Positions 24,131 through 33,500 of a DNA stretch of 56,901 nucleotides are shown piece after piece; the first letter of the stretch is position 1, and each line of letters begins with the position of its first letter. The DNA is taken from contig JADLBB010000185.1 in assembly GCA_020848055.1 (NCBI GenBank), forward strand, positions 1-56,901. The letters run 5' to 3'. The notes under the pieces were generated by a model. That model made no database searches. It saw nothing but the letters and a program-made list of their open reading frames with translations, and was not told the DNA's origin. Origin of the DNA: Chloroflexota bacterium (GTDB lineage: Bacteria > Chloroflexota > Limnocylindria > QHBO01). The position numbers were made by a program, and so were the translations under genes.

Positions 24131-25525
24131 ATGCCGACGGCCATCAAGAACGTCCCGACCGTGTCCGAGCTGGTCGACCAGATCGAGCGGGAGGACGGCG
24201 TCGCCATCCCGATCGAGGTCGCCCAGCGCATCTGGGACAGCGCCAGCACCCGCCGCGAGTTCGCCGGCTCGACCGGCACCTCCGAGCGGACCGACGCGCT
24301 GATCAACCGCATCGACGTCGACTTCGTCACCGAGGCGATCGAGCGCCAGGAGAGCCTGTCCGAGGCGCTGGAGCGCGAGGACCCCACCGAGACCGAGCGC
24401 GACATGTCGCTGGGCGTGGACGCATTCCAGCGCGTCATGCGCGGCCTGAACATCCGCACGGCCTCCAGCCGCAACGCCGGCGTGCGCGCCCACACGATGG
24501 GCGATCTCGACGTCGCGGGCCCGCGCATCGCCGGCGACGTGAACGTCGGACGCTGCATGGTGCCCGAACTCCTGCGCCGCGCCTACATCGAGGGGCAGCG
24601 TTTCGGCACGCAGCGGTTCAGCATCGACCGCTTCTACGCCAGCTCAGCGCCGCTGTCCGAGGTGCTTGAGCCGAAGTTCATGCTCCAGCTGATGACGACC
24701 TTCAAGTTCCGCCAGCCGATCCTCAACCTCCTGGTCGCGATCGAGACGGGCGTCGAGGCCGGCGTCTTCAAGTACGTCTTCATCGACGAGCAGGCGGACG
24801 CGGAGCGGATGGCGCGCGTGCCGCTCGGCGCCGATCTGCCGACGTCCAAGCTCACCGTCTCGGACCGCGAGGGCCGGGTCTACCAGTACGGTCGCGCCAT
24901 CGAGGCGCAGGACGCGGCGCTGCGGCGCATGACGATCGACATGGTCCGCTTCCAGACGGCGCGCCTCGGCCAGCGGAACGCGCTGGACAAGGAAGAGGTC
25001 GCCGTCGACACGGCTATCAACGGCGACTCGAACGCCGGCACCGCGGCCACCGAGACCGACATCACGACGGTCGGCGGCATCGTCGACCGCGTGACGAGCA
25101 CGCCGCTGTTCAACTTCCTCGGCCTGTTCGAGGAGAGCGGCGCCTACACGCCGACGATCTGCCTCGCGCGGCGCACGACCAAGACCAAGATCCGCAGCGC
25201 GGTGCTGGACGACGGAGCCGCCTCACCGGCTCCGACCGAGGCGGCGCCCGTCTTCATGGGCGACATGCGCCTGTGGCCGAACGGCGGCGAGGGCCCCGAG
25301 GAGCGCGACCACCCGCCGATCTACGCCCGCTCCTACACGCCGGCCGACAAGGGCGTCTACATCGACGCCAGCCAGGCGATTGGTCTGGCGTTCGAGGTGG
25401 GCGCCAACAAGACCGAAACCGACCGCTACATCAAGCGGCTGGTCAACGTGGTGGCCATCAGCGAGGTCGTCGGCTTCTGGGTCGTCGACTCGCGCGCCAC
25501 GCGGATCTTCGACATCACCAACTGA
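24131..25525 (+). CDS. Major capsid protein (assigned by position)
   Basis: AAGGAG upstream. 464 aa, following the protease/scaffold and decoration genes. No motif check was possible by eye. Confidence 0.6.
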   Translation: MPTAIKNVPTVSELVDQIEREDGVAIPIEVAQRIWDSASTRREFAGSTGTSERTDALINRIDVDFVTEAIERQESLSEALEREDPTETERDMSLGVDAFQRVMRGLNIRTASSRNAGVRAHTMGDLDVAGPRIAGDVNVGRCMVPELLRRAYIEGQRFGTQRFSIDRFYASSAPLSEVLEPKFMLQLMTTFKFRQPILNLLVAIETGVEAGVFKYVFIDEQADAERMARVPLGADLPTSKLTVSDREGRVYQYGRAIEAQDAALRRMTIDMVRFQTARLGQRNALDKEEVAVDTAINGDSNAGTAATETDITTVGGIVDRVTSTPLFNFLGLFEESGAYTPTICLARRTTKTKIRSAVLDDGAASPAPTEAAPVFMGDMRLWPNGGEGPEERDHPPIYARSYTPADKGVYIDASQAIGLAFEVGANKTETDRYIKRLVNVVAISEVVGFWVVDSRATRIFDITN

Positions 25526-25586
25526 TCGACCGTCGCATCCGACTGGGCGCCCGTCGCCCGCTCGAATCTCTCAATCGGAGGTCCCC

Positions 25587-26012
25587 ATGGCTTTGCAGAC
25601 GATCACGGTCCACGCGCCGCGCAAGAAGGCGCTGGACCCCGACAACCCGGGCAACCGGGTGGTGCTCTTCGAGCGCGACAAGCGCCACCCCGGCGGCGAG
25701 GTGTTCATCGCCGAGGGCGACACGGTGAAGGCCTACCCCACCAAGGAAATCAAGGTGCGGCTCGGGAGTTCGCTTGTGGAACTCCGCGACGGCCAAGTGC
25801 CATCGCGCGACGAGATCGATCCCGAGTCGCTCGGCTCGCTCGGCCTGTCGGGTTCGGTCACGCGCGCGCTCGGCGCGGCCAACATCGACAGCGTGTCCGA
25901 CCTGCTCGAGGCGTGGACGGACGGCCGCGTCACGAACATCAAGGGCATCGCCGAGCACAGCCTCGAGGCGATCAAGACCGCGCTGGCCAAGCGCGACCTG
26001 ATCGACGCGTAG
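25587..26012 (+). CDS. Protein with a C-terminal RpoA-alphaCTD-like helix-hairpin-helix domain
   Basis: LGLSGSVTRALGAANIDSVSDLLEAW....VTNIKGIAEHSLEAIKTALAKRDL follows the L.LS.R..N.L....I..V.DL......L..I.N.G.KSL.EI pattern of the RNA polymerase alpha C-terminal domain. GGAGG upstream. Confidence 0.5.
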   Translation: MALQTITVHAPRKKALDPDNPGNRVVLFERDKRHPGGEVFIAEGDTVKAYPTKEIKVRLGSSLVELRDGQVPSRDEIDPESLGSLGLSGSVTRALGAANIDSVSDLLEAWTDGRVTNIKGIAEHSLEAIKTALAKRDLIDA

Positions 26013-26018
26013 GCAGCC

Positions 26019-26573
26019 ATGCCGCTCTACCTCACGGACGCCGACTACCCGGCCATCCGCCGCATGCTCGGCCTCGCCGGCGACGACACCGTGTCGCTGC
26101 CGGACGAGGTCATCGAGGACCGGCCGCACCTGGCGCGCGTCGAGCGCGAGGTGACGCCGATCCTCGAAGCGTGTGCGATCGAGATGGACTCGGGCGAGCC
26201 GGCGTACGTCGCGGAGACGGCGGAGTGGGTGCTCGAAGCGCTGCAGTACCTCACCGCCGGTCGCCTTGCTGCGCTGATGAAGCAGGCGGCGACCGGCGAA
26301 GAGATCAGTAGCGAGTCGGTCGGGCCGGTGCGGGTCAGCTACCGCACCGGCGCCGACTGGCAAGCGCAGGCGCAGTCGCTCCTGAAGCAGGGCGTGCAGG
26401 CGCTGGCCAAGGTCTGTTCGGGGGCCGGTGACTTGGGCGCGCGCGGCTTCCCGGGTGACGTGATCGTGCTCGCCGGCCCGACGCGGCGCGTGCGCTCGTC
26501 GACGGCCGGGCAGCGGTCGCTCGCGTCGATGCTCGACGAGCTGCGACCGAACCTGCTCGGGGGGCGACCCTGA
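26019..26573 (+). CDS. Head-tail connector/adaptor (assigned by position)
   Basis: 184 aa, first gene after the capsid block. TGATG coupling to the next gene. Confidence 0.4.
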   Translation: MPLYLTDADYPAIRRMLGLAGDDTVSLPDEVIEDRPHLARVEREVTPILEACAIEMDSGEPAYVAETAEWVLEALQYLTAGRLAALMKQAATGEEISSESVGPVRVSYRTGADWQAQAQSLLKQGVQALAKVCSGAGDLGARGFPGDVIVLAGPTRRVRSSTAGQRSLASMLDELRPNLLGGRP

Positions 26574-26956
26574 TGCCGAGCGGCACGCCGGCCCAGGTCC
26601 TCGCGCGGTACTTCAACGCGACGCTCACGCTGCGGCGCAAGACGGCCGGCGCGTGGGCGGAGGTGCCGGGCACGGTGCGGGCGTTCGTGGACTTCTCGCC
26701 GTCGGGCGTGCTGCGTGTCGCGGCCGCTGCCGGTGCGGTGGGCGGGAGCCTGGGCGGCGGCGGCATCGCCGCGGAGTCGTCCGGCATCGCCGTCTACGTC
26801 GAGCCGGCCGAGGATCTGCGCGTCGGCGACATGTTCGCCCACGAGGGCAGCACGTACCGCGTCGATTGGGTCGGGCCGACAGGCAGCGGACCGAGCGGCG
26901 CCGTGCTTCGGACGTGCTTCGCGCGGGCGCAGAAGGCGCCGGGAGCGACGCCGTGA
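26573..26956 (+). CDS. Head closure protein (assigned by position)
   Basis: 127 aa. A C-terminal VGDMFAHEGSTYRVDWV-like motif is common in SPP1 gp16-type proteins. Confidence 0.4.
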   Translation: MPSGTPAQVLARYFNATLTLRRKTAGAWAEVPGTVRAFVDFSPSGVLRVAAAAGAVGGSLGGGGIAAESSGIAVYVEPAEDLRVGDMFAHEGSTYRVDWVGPTGSGPSGAVLRTCFARAQKAPGATP

Positions 26957-27417
26957 TCAAGCCGACGCTGAAGTGGAAGCGACGCACCGAGATCCGCACC
27001 CTCAAGAGCGGGGCGAGCGTTGAAGGCCCGACGGCGTCGATCGCGCTGCTCGAAGGGCTGCGCGACGAGGTCATCCCCGGCGGCGCGCTCTCGGGCTGCC
27101 ACCGTGCGGCGGCTGCGGGCGAGCAGTACATGAAGGCGAACGCGCCGTGGACCGATCGCACCGGCACCGCGCGCCGCGGGCTGTACGGGGCGGCGGCGCA
27201 GTCGGGCGACCAATTCGCCGTGGTGTTCAGCTACGGGCCTGACATCGACTACGGCTTCTGGTTGGAGAACCGGTTCAACGGTCGGTTCGCGATCGTGCTG
27301 CCGACACAGGAGGTGTTCAGCAACTGGCTGCCGCGGTTCGTTGCCGAGGACATCACGCTGGAGCTGCGAGGCCAAGGGTCCAAGTTCCGGCACCGCGAGA
27401 CGGGGCGGTTCGCGTGA
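26953..27417 (+). CDS. HK97 gp10-like tail completion/neck protein (assigned by position)
   Basis: GTGA coupling with the upstream gene. The MKANAPWTDRTGTARRGL motif resembles the gp10 family. Confidence 0.45.
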   Translation: MIKPTLKWKRRTEIRTLKSGASVEGPTASIALLEGLRDEVIPGGALSGCHRAAAAGEQYMKANAPWTDRTGTARRGLYGAAAQSGDQFAVVFSYGPDIDYGFWLENRFNGRFAIVLPTQEVFSNWLPRFVAEDITLELRGQGSKFRHRETGRFA

Positions 27418-27662
27418 CGGCGCTCGGTGGCAACCTCGCCGGATCGCTCGCCTACGCACGCCGGTGCGCCGCGCGCGCCATCGCGCACCTCGGCCATGCG
27501 CGCGCGGAGCTGGGCGAGTCCGACGCCAATGTGCAGCGGATCGAGCGCGCGCTCGACGAGCTCGGCAACGCCGAAGGCGCGCTGAACGAGTGGCTCGGCT
27601 TTATGGAGGGCGAGACCGCCGCTCATGACGAGGAGGACGCCAGTGGCCGCAAACGTCGCTGA
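27414..27662 (+). CDS. Hypothetical protein (82 aa)
   Basis: GTGA coupling with the upstream gene. Helical and acidic. Confidence 0.4.
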   Translation: MTALGGNLAGSLAYARRCAARAIAHLGHARAELGESDANVQRIERALDELGNAEGALNEWLGFMEGETAAHDEEDASGRKRR

Positions 27663-28134
27663 CGACCTTCGAACGCGGCTCATGGCCGACGGGGCGCTCG
27701 CCGCGCTGCTCACGGGCGGCGTGCTCGTCGACGAGGAGGGCGAGTGGCCGCTGCATCCCGAGCGGCCGGGCGCGCCGTACGAGGACGCGTCGGGCATGGC
27801 GAAGCTGATGCCCTGCGCGGTGCTCACGGAGTCGTCCCTGGTGCCGGTCGCTCCGACCGACTCAGGGCAGCGGATCGTCTTCCGGATCGGCTACTACGCG
27901 CCGGACGACTACGGCGTGCTGCGACGCGCGGCGGAGCGGACGCGTTACGTACTGGATCCGGACGGCAACGGCGAGCAGCACGGGCCGCTGGACGACGGGC
28001 GGTACTACATCGTGCGGTTCCTGGACGCGCCGGTCCGCGCATCCAAGGACGACCAGGTGATCAGCGCGGACGCCGAGGGCGGCGTCTGCTACGAAGCGGC
28101 GCGCTACCAGGTCGATATCGACTGGCCCGAGTAG
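27643..28134 (+). CDS. Tail terminator/DUF3168-like protein (assigned by position)
   Basis: AGGAGG lies 6 nt upstream of the GTG at 27643 (an alternative ATG lies at 27625). It sits upstream of the tail tube gene. Confidence 0.45.
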   Translation: MAANVADDLRTRLMADGALAALLTGGVLVDEEGEWPLHPERPGAPYEDASGMAKLMPCAVLTESSLVPVAPTDSGQRIVFRIGYYAPDDYGVLRRAAERTRYVLDPDGNGEQHGPLDDGRYYIVRFLDAPVRASKDDQVISADAEGGVCYEAARYQVDIDWPE

Positions 28135-28203
28135 GAGCGCGCGGTGGCGTGTGGATGTGGATCGAAGGCGTCGAGGACGCCCTTACCAAACGGAGTGACG
28201 ATC

Positions 28204-28668
28204 GTGGCCAAGACCATCGACAAGAACACCGTCCTCGTGCGCATCACGGCCGGCGCCGGCGGCACCGGAAGCGTGCGCACCAACGTGTGGCTGGGCGACA
28301 AGCTCGGGCTCGGGCTCAGCCAGGGCTACCTGCTCACCGGAGCCGGCACGCGCATGAGCCGAGCCGACGCGGTGGCGCTGCTGGTCGCGGCGCGTAATGG
28401 CCACCCGAACCTGAGCGGCCGCGCGTTCGCCGCCGACGAGGACCTCGCGGCCGCGGTCGACGCTGCGGTGAAGGCGGCGGAGGCGGCGAAGGAGAAGGCA
28501 GCGGCGGCGACCAATGAGGACGGAGCCCAGGCCGGCGCCGAGAGCGACACGGCCCAGCCGGTCGAGGGCGAGGCGACGACCCAACCCGCCGAGACCACCG
28601 AACCAGCCGAGACGGTCGCACCCGCCGCGGCCGAGAGCGCCACTCCCCGGGCGCGCCACCAGCGCTAG
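28204..28668 (+). CDS. Hypothetical structural protein with an Ala/Glu/Thr/Pro-rich tail
   Basis: ORF 28144-28668. GGAG lies 8 nt upstream of the GTG at 28204, but the start is uncertain. Confidence 0.45.
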   Translation: MAKTIDKNTVLVRITAGAGGTGSVRTNVWLGDKLGLGLSQGYLLTGAGTRMSRADAVALLVAARNGHPNLSGRAFAADEDLAAAVDAAVKAAEAAKEKAAAATNEDGAQAGAESDTAQPVEGEATTQPAETTEPAETVAPAAAESATPRARHQR

Positions 28669-28733
28669 GCCACCCGCCTGGCCACGCACCGACCGATCGG
28701 CAACCGACCCCCAGGTAGGAGAGGAGCACCCCC

Positions 28734-29321
28734 ATGACCGTCAAGGTAGTCCACTTCAGCGCGAAGCGCGCCTACGCCTTCGAGATCACGGACGACACCG
28801 TAGGCGCGCCGGTCTACGCGGCTGGCCAGCGGCTGAACTGCGTCCGCAAGGTCGGCTTCGAACGCAACGTGGCAGAGGCCATGTTGGAGGGCGACGGCGG
28901 CGTGTGCGACGCGACGCGCGAGAACAAGTCCATCAACTTCGAGCTGGACTTCGGCGGCGTCGAGCTCGACCTCATCGCCCTCATCCAGGGCGCGACGCTC
29001 AATGAGATCGCCGGCCCGCCGGCCGAGTCGCACCTCATCGTCGGGACCGAGGACGTCGAGATCGCGTTCGGCGTGATCACGAAGATCCTCGGCCGCCGCG
29101 GCGGCTCGGCGCACATCGCGCTGTTCAACTGCCGCGAGCAGGGCGGCGGCTACAACGCGGCCGAGCTCGACAACTACGGCAAGACGATGTTCAAGGGCAT
29201 CGGCCTGGCGAGCCCGTACAACGAGAAGGCGCTGTACGCGGTCTGGCACTCGGGCCTGAACGTCGACGTCGACGCCACGTGGGCCGACAACGTGGTGACC
29301 AACCTCACCGGCTCCTACTGA
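28734..29321 (+). CDS. Major tail (tube) protein
   Basis: Strong SD (AGGAGAGGAG). 195 aa. It lies directly upstream of the chaperone pair and the tape measure gene, and a strong hairpin follows it. Confidence 0.65.
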   Translation: MTVKVVHFSAKRAYAFEITDDTVGAPVYAAGQRLNCVRKVGFERNVAEAMLEGDGGVCDATRENKSINFELDFGGVELDLIALIQGATLNEIAGPPAESHLIVGTEDVEIAFGVITKILGRRGGSAHIALFNCREQGGGYNAAELDNYGKTMFKGIGLASPYNEKALYAVWHSGLNVDVDATWADNVVTNLTGSY

Positions 29322-29348
29322 TCCAACTTCCTCGCCGGAGCCCCCCGT

Positions 29349-29388
29349 AGCCGAGGGGGCGGTGGCATACGCTGCCGCCCCCTCGGCT
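29349..29388 (+). terminator. Hairpin after the tail tube gene (probable attenuating terminator)
   Basis: Perfect 14-bp stem agccgagggggcgg/ccgccccctcggct with a 12-nt loop. Confidence 0.5.
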
Positions 29389-29405
29389 AACCCTCGGAGA
29401 TCCAC

Positions 29406-30149
29406 ATGCCGACCGCCAAGCCATCCCAGTCCACACGTGCACGCCGCGGCCGTGCCGAGAAGCAGCAAGCAGCCGCGGCGCTGTCCAAGTACGCATCGCG
29501 CGCCAGCTTGCGCGGCTCCCAGGGCCCGCCGGTCCTGGAGGTCGAGTGCTACCGCGCCGACCGCGTGTTCCTGGTGCGGCGGCTGAACCTGATGCAGCTC
29601 GTCAACTCGGGCGTGTTCCCGCGCCCAATCACGGCCGAGGTGCGCCGGATCATCCTGCAGGGCGTGGTCTTCGCGATGCAGGACAACCGGCAGTGGAGCG
29701 ACTACGTGACGGCGTGCATGCGGCTCGCCGTCGAGGCGGTCATCGTCCCGCCACCCGAGCTCGAGGCGGGCGACGTTGCGGTCGACGAGATCACGAGCGA
29801 CCTGTGCCGTCCGCTGTTCGTGGAAGCAGGCACGACGCCCGACGCCGACCAGTACGCGCTCGTGGTGTGGGACGACTACAAGCGCGTGCAGGAGGAGGCG
29901 ATCAAGCTGCGGCGGCTGGCGCGATCGGGCAAGGCGGACGACGAGGACCGCGAGGCGCTCGCCGAGAAGGAGCGCTACCTCGAGGACTCGATGGCGCTGC
30001 ACTTCGACGACCTGGCGGCGATCGCGGGCGCGCTGACGCTCCGCGGTCCCGGGGCGGTGGGCCGATTTCGCGACCAACCGGGTGCTGCTGTGGGACCTGT
30101 GGCAGACGACGAAGGCGTCGCCGCGATGGTCGCCGGGGGAGCTGCTTGA
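29406..30149 (+). CDS. Tail assembly chaperone (G-like)
   Basis: It lies between the tail tube and tape measure genes. Its 3' end overlaps an ORF in another frame, which is the classic G/GT arrangement. Confidence 0.6.
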   Translation: MPTAKPSQSTRARRGRAEKQQAAAALSKYASRASLRGSQGPPVLEVECYRADRVFLVRRLNLMQLVNSGVFPRPITAEVRRIILQGVVFAMQDNRQWSDYVTACMRLAVEAVIVPPPELEAGDVAVDEITSDLCRPLFVEAGTTPDADQYALVVWDDYKRVQEEAIKLRRLARSGKADDEDREALAEKERYLEDSMALHFDDLAAIAGALTLRGPGAVGRFRDQPGAAVGPVADDEGVAAMVAGGAA

Positions 30150-30588
30150 GGACGACCTGCGCGCGGAGTTCGGGGGCGACTGGTCGCTGTGGGCTTCGGA
30201 CATCGACCAAGCCGTCCACGAGTTCGGCGCGTTCGTCGAGGGGAAGATCGACGAGCGGATCCACGATTACCTGCAGGAGATCCAGGACGGCAACGCGCGG
30301 CGCGCCCGGATGGCATCCAAGAGCAACACCTCGGCGTCGTTCGAGCGGCCATCCAAGGAGCACCTGCGGCGGCTCTACGACGAGGCCGTCATGTACTGGG
30401 TGCATTCGATCGTGCGCGAGTACACGGCCGTGCCGGGTGAGAAGGGGCTGTTCGACGTCAGCTGGGCCTACCAACAGAAGGCCGCGACGTTCGATCCGGC
30501 GATCGATTTCGATTGGGACGTGGGCGACATCGAGGTCGTCTACTTGGACGAGGCACCTCCAGGGATGATGAATGTCGACGACGATTGA
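30082..30588 (+). CDS. Tail assembly chaperone T-like segment (probably expressed as a frameshift extension of 29406-30149)
   Basis: This frame is open from 30037. It overlaps the upstream ORF by at least 68 nt and has no SD. Its 3' end overlaps the tape measure start. Confidence 0.5.
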   Translation: MLLWDLWQTTKASPRWSPGELLEDDLRAEFGGDWSLWASDIDQAVHEFGAFVEGKIDERIHDYLQEIQDGNARRARMASKSNTSASFERPSKEHLRRLYDEAVMYWVHSIVREYTAVPGEKGLFDVSWAYQQKAATFDPAIDFDWDVGDIEVVYLDEAPPGMMNVDDD

Positions 30589-33500
30589 ATCGCTCGTCGG
30601 GCAGCTCGGGTACGACTACGACAAGAGCGGCCTGAACGCGGCGATCGGCGACCAGCGCGAGTTCCTGAAGGCCACGACGGACGTGGGAGCAGGGATGGCC
30701 AGCACCACCCAGCAGGGCGGTGCGATGGGTGGCGTGCTGGGCGGCATCGGCAAGCACAAGGCCGGCATGCTCGCCGTCGCCGGCGGTGCGGCGGCGCTTG
30801 GTCTCGGAATCATCTCGGCGACGGGCAGCGCCCGCAACTACGAATCGGCGCTGGCTTCGATCGACACCCTCGGTCCCCAGGTCGCGGCGCATCACGCCGA
30901 GTTCAAGGACCAGATCCTCGACGTGTCGACAGCGATGGGACAGGACCTCGTCGGGTCGACGAACGCCGTCTACGACGCGCTCTCTTCGGGGGTGCCTCCC
31001 GACAACGTTATCGACTTCATGTCGACGGCCTCGAAAGCGGCCGTTGCCGGTGCGACCGACACGGGCACCTCGGTGCGCGCGCTCACGGCCACCCTCAACG
31101 CCTGGAAGCTGAACGCCGCAGAGGCGGGCAACGTCAGCGACGTCTTCTTTACCGGCGTCAACGTCGGCGTGTTCCGCTTCGAGGACCTGGCCAACAGCAT
31201 CGGCCAGGTCGCACCGCTCGCGGCCTCGCTCGGCGTCACGTACCAGGAGGTCACGGCGGCGACGGCGACGCTCACGAAGAGCGGTCTGACGGCGTCGCAG
31301 GCGATCACCCAGCAGCGCGCTTCCATGGTCTCGCTCATCACGCCCAATCGCGAGATGTCGGGCGTCCTAAAGCAGCTGGCCCTCGACAACGAGGACGTCG
31401 CCCGGACGGCCGAGGAGCAAGGCATCTCGATCGGCGAAGCCGCGCTGCGCACGCTCGGCTACCAGGGCGCGATGGTGGCGGTGCGGGACTCGGCGAAGAA
31501 CGCCGACGTCGAGCTGGCCAAGGCGGCAGGGTCGGTCGAGTCGCTCGGCGCGTTCCTGGGCCTGTCCGGCGAAAACGCGGTCGGCGCTGCGGCTGACCTC
31601 GACCTCATGAGCTCAAGCGCTGGAGCGAGCCAGGCGGCGTTCGACACGATGGCCGAGACGACCGACGCCAAGATGGCCAAGTTCCGCGCAGCTTGGGAGG
31701 CGGCCAAGGTATCGGTGGGCGACCTCTTCCTGCCCGTCCTGGCCAGCCTGGCTGAAGCCGCGGTCCCGGTGATGAACTTCCTGGCCGACGGCGCACGAAT
31801 GCTGCAGCCGCTCGCGGCCGGCTTCGACTCCCTACCGGGACCGATCAAGATGGTCGGCGCGGCGCTCGCAGCCATGACCGCCGGCGGCGTAGGCCTCGCG
31901 GGTGGCGCGATTGCGTTGGCACCGTGGATGAAGCACCTCAAGGAGTTCGCACCGCTGGCTGATGCGGCGAAGGGCCGAGTCGGCGGCCTGATCTCGACGC
32001 TGATGGATCTGGGCGGATCGGTGGCCGGCGAGAGCGGGCTGCAGGTCGTCCTCGGCCAGCTCCCGAAGCTTGGCTCGCTCTCGACGGTCGCGAAGGGCGG
32101 GATCGCCAGCCTGACCGGCTCGCTGTCGCCGCTGCAGTCCGTCCTGGGCATGGCCTCTGGCGGCCTGACCGCCCTTGGTACCGCGGCGAAGGGCGCGATC
32201 GTTGCAGCTGGTCCGATCGGCGTCGTCCTCGGCGCCGTCGCGCTCGCTGGATACGCGGCGTACAAGGGCGTCAGCTCGGCCAACGCGGCGCTCGACGAGC
32301 AGTTCGCAGCTGCGCAGAAGGCCGGCGGCGGGTTCCAGGCGTACCTCGGCGGCGCCCAGCGGGCGCGCGATGAGTCCGGGCTGCTTGGCAAGGCAGGCTT
32401 CCTTCTCAAGGACGTGTGGCACGGCCTGACCGATGCCTGGCACAGGGGGCTGGCGGCGCTGCAGCCGGTAGGCGAATGGTTCTCGTCGATCAGCGACAAG
32501 GCAGCCGGCCTCATCCAATCGGTCACCGGGATCTCGGGCGGACTGATGGGACTGGGCAGCTCGCTTCTCAAGATGATCCCCGGCGTCGGTGCAATCTCGA
32601 TGCTGGGCGGTGCCCTGACCGACCAGAACGGCGCCGTGCGCGACGCCACCGTGGCGTGGTTGGAGATGGAGAAGGGGATCGACCCTGCGATCCTCAAGAC
32701 CAGTGAGTTCGCCACAGCCCAGGCCCAGCTGGGCGCGAAGCTCGACGACGGGTCGTTGTCGCAGGAGGAGTACTCGCAGCGGCTTCTGGGCGTCGCGCGC
32801 GAGCTGGGAGGAGTCGAGGCTGCAGGCGGCGCTGCCGCGCGCGAGATCGCTTCGACCGGCGAGGCGTTGGCGATGGCGTCCGCGGGCGCCGAGCAGGCGG
32901 TCGGCGGCTTCCAGCAGTACAGCGATGCGCTGATCGGCATGGTCGGCGGCGCCGCCATCGGGTTCGATCCGAACGCAGAGCGCGACGAGGACCAGCTGGA
33001 GAAGCTCGACAAGGAGAACCAGCAGCAGCGCGAAGCCCAGGCCCAGCACTTCGGCTCGATGATGCAGTCGCGTCGCGAGTTCAACGCCCAGCACACGGCG
33101 CTCCTGGCCGAGGGCAAGACCGCCGAGGTGGCGACGCTGGCCGAGCAGTACGCATCCGAGCAGTCGATGCAGGTCGAGCACCTGGCGCAGCTGGCGATCA
33201 ACCACGTCAATTCCATGCTCCAGATGAACAACATCAGCGAGCAGCAAGCGCAACTGATCTATGGCTCGATCGCCTCGGCCTTCCCTGGCGCCGACATCTT
33301 CGACGGCAGCACCGCCGCGATGATGGAGTTCAGCACTGTCATGGGCCAGGCGCTGGCCGGCAACGAGGAGGCGGCGCTGCGGCTGGGTGGCGTCATCGCG
33401 TCGACGCCTGACCGGCTGACCGAGGGTCAGGAGGCCGTCGACTCGTACGCGTCGCTGTCCATCCAACGCTACGAAGAGGCGAAGGCCGCGGCCGAGGCGC

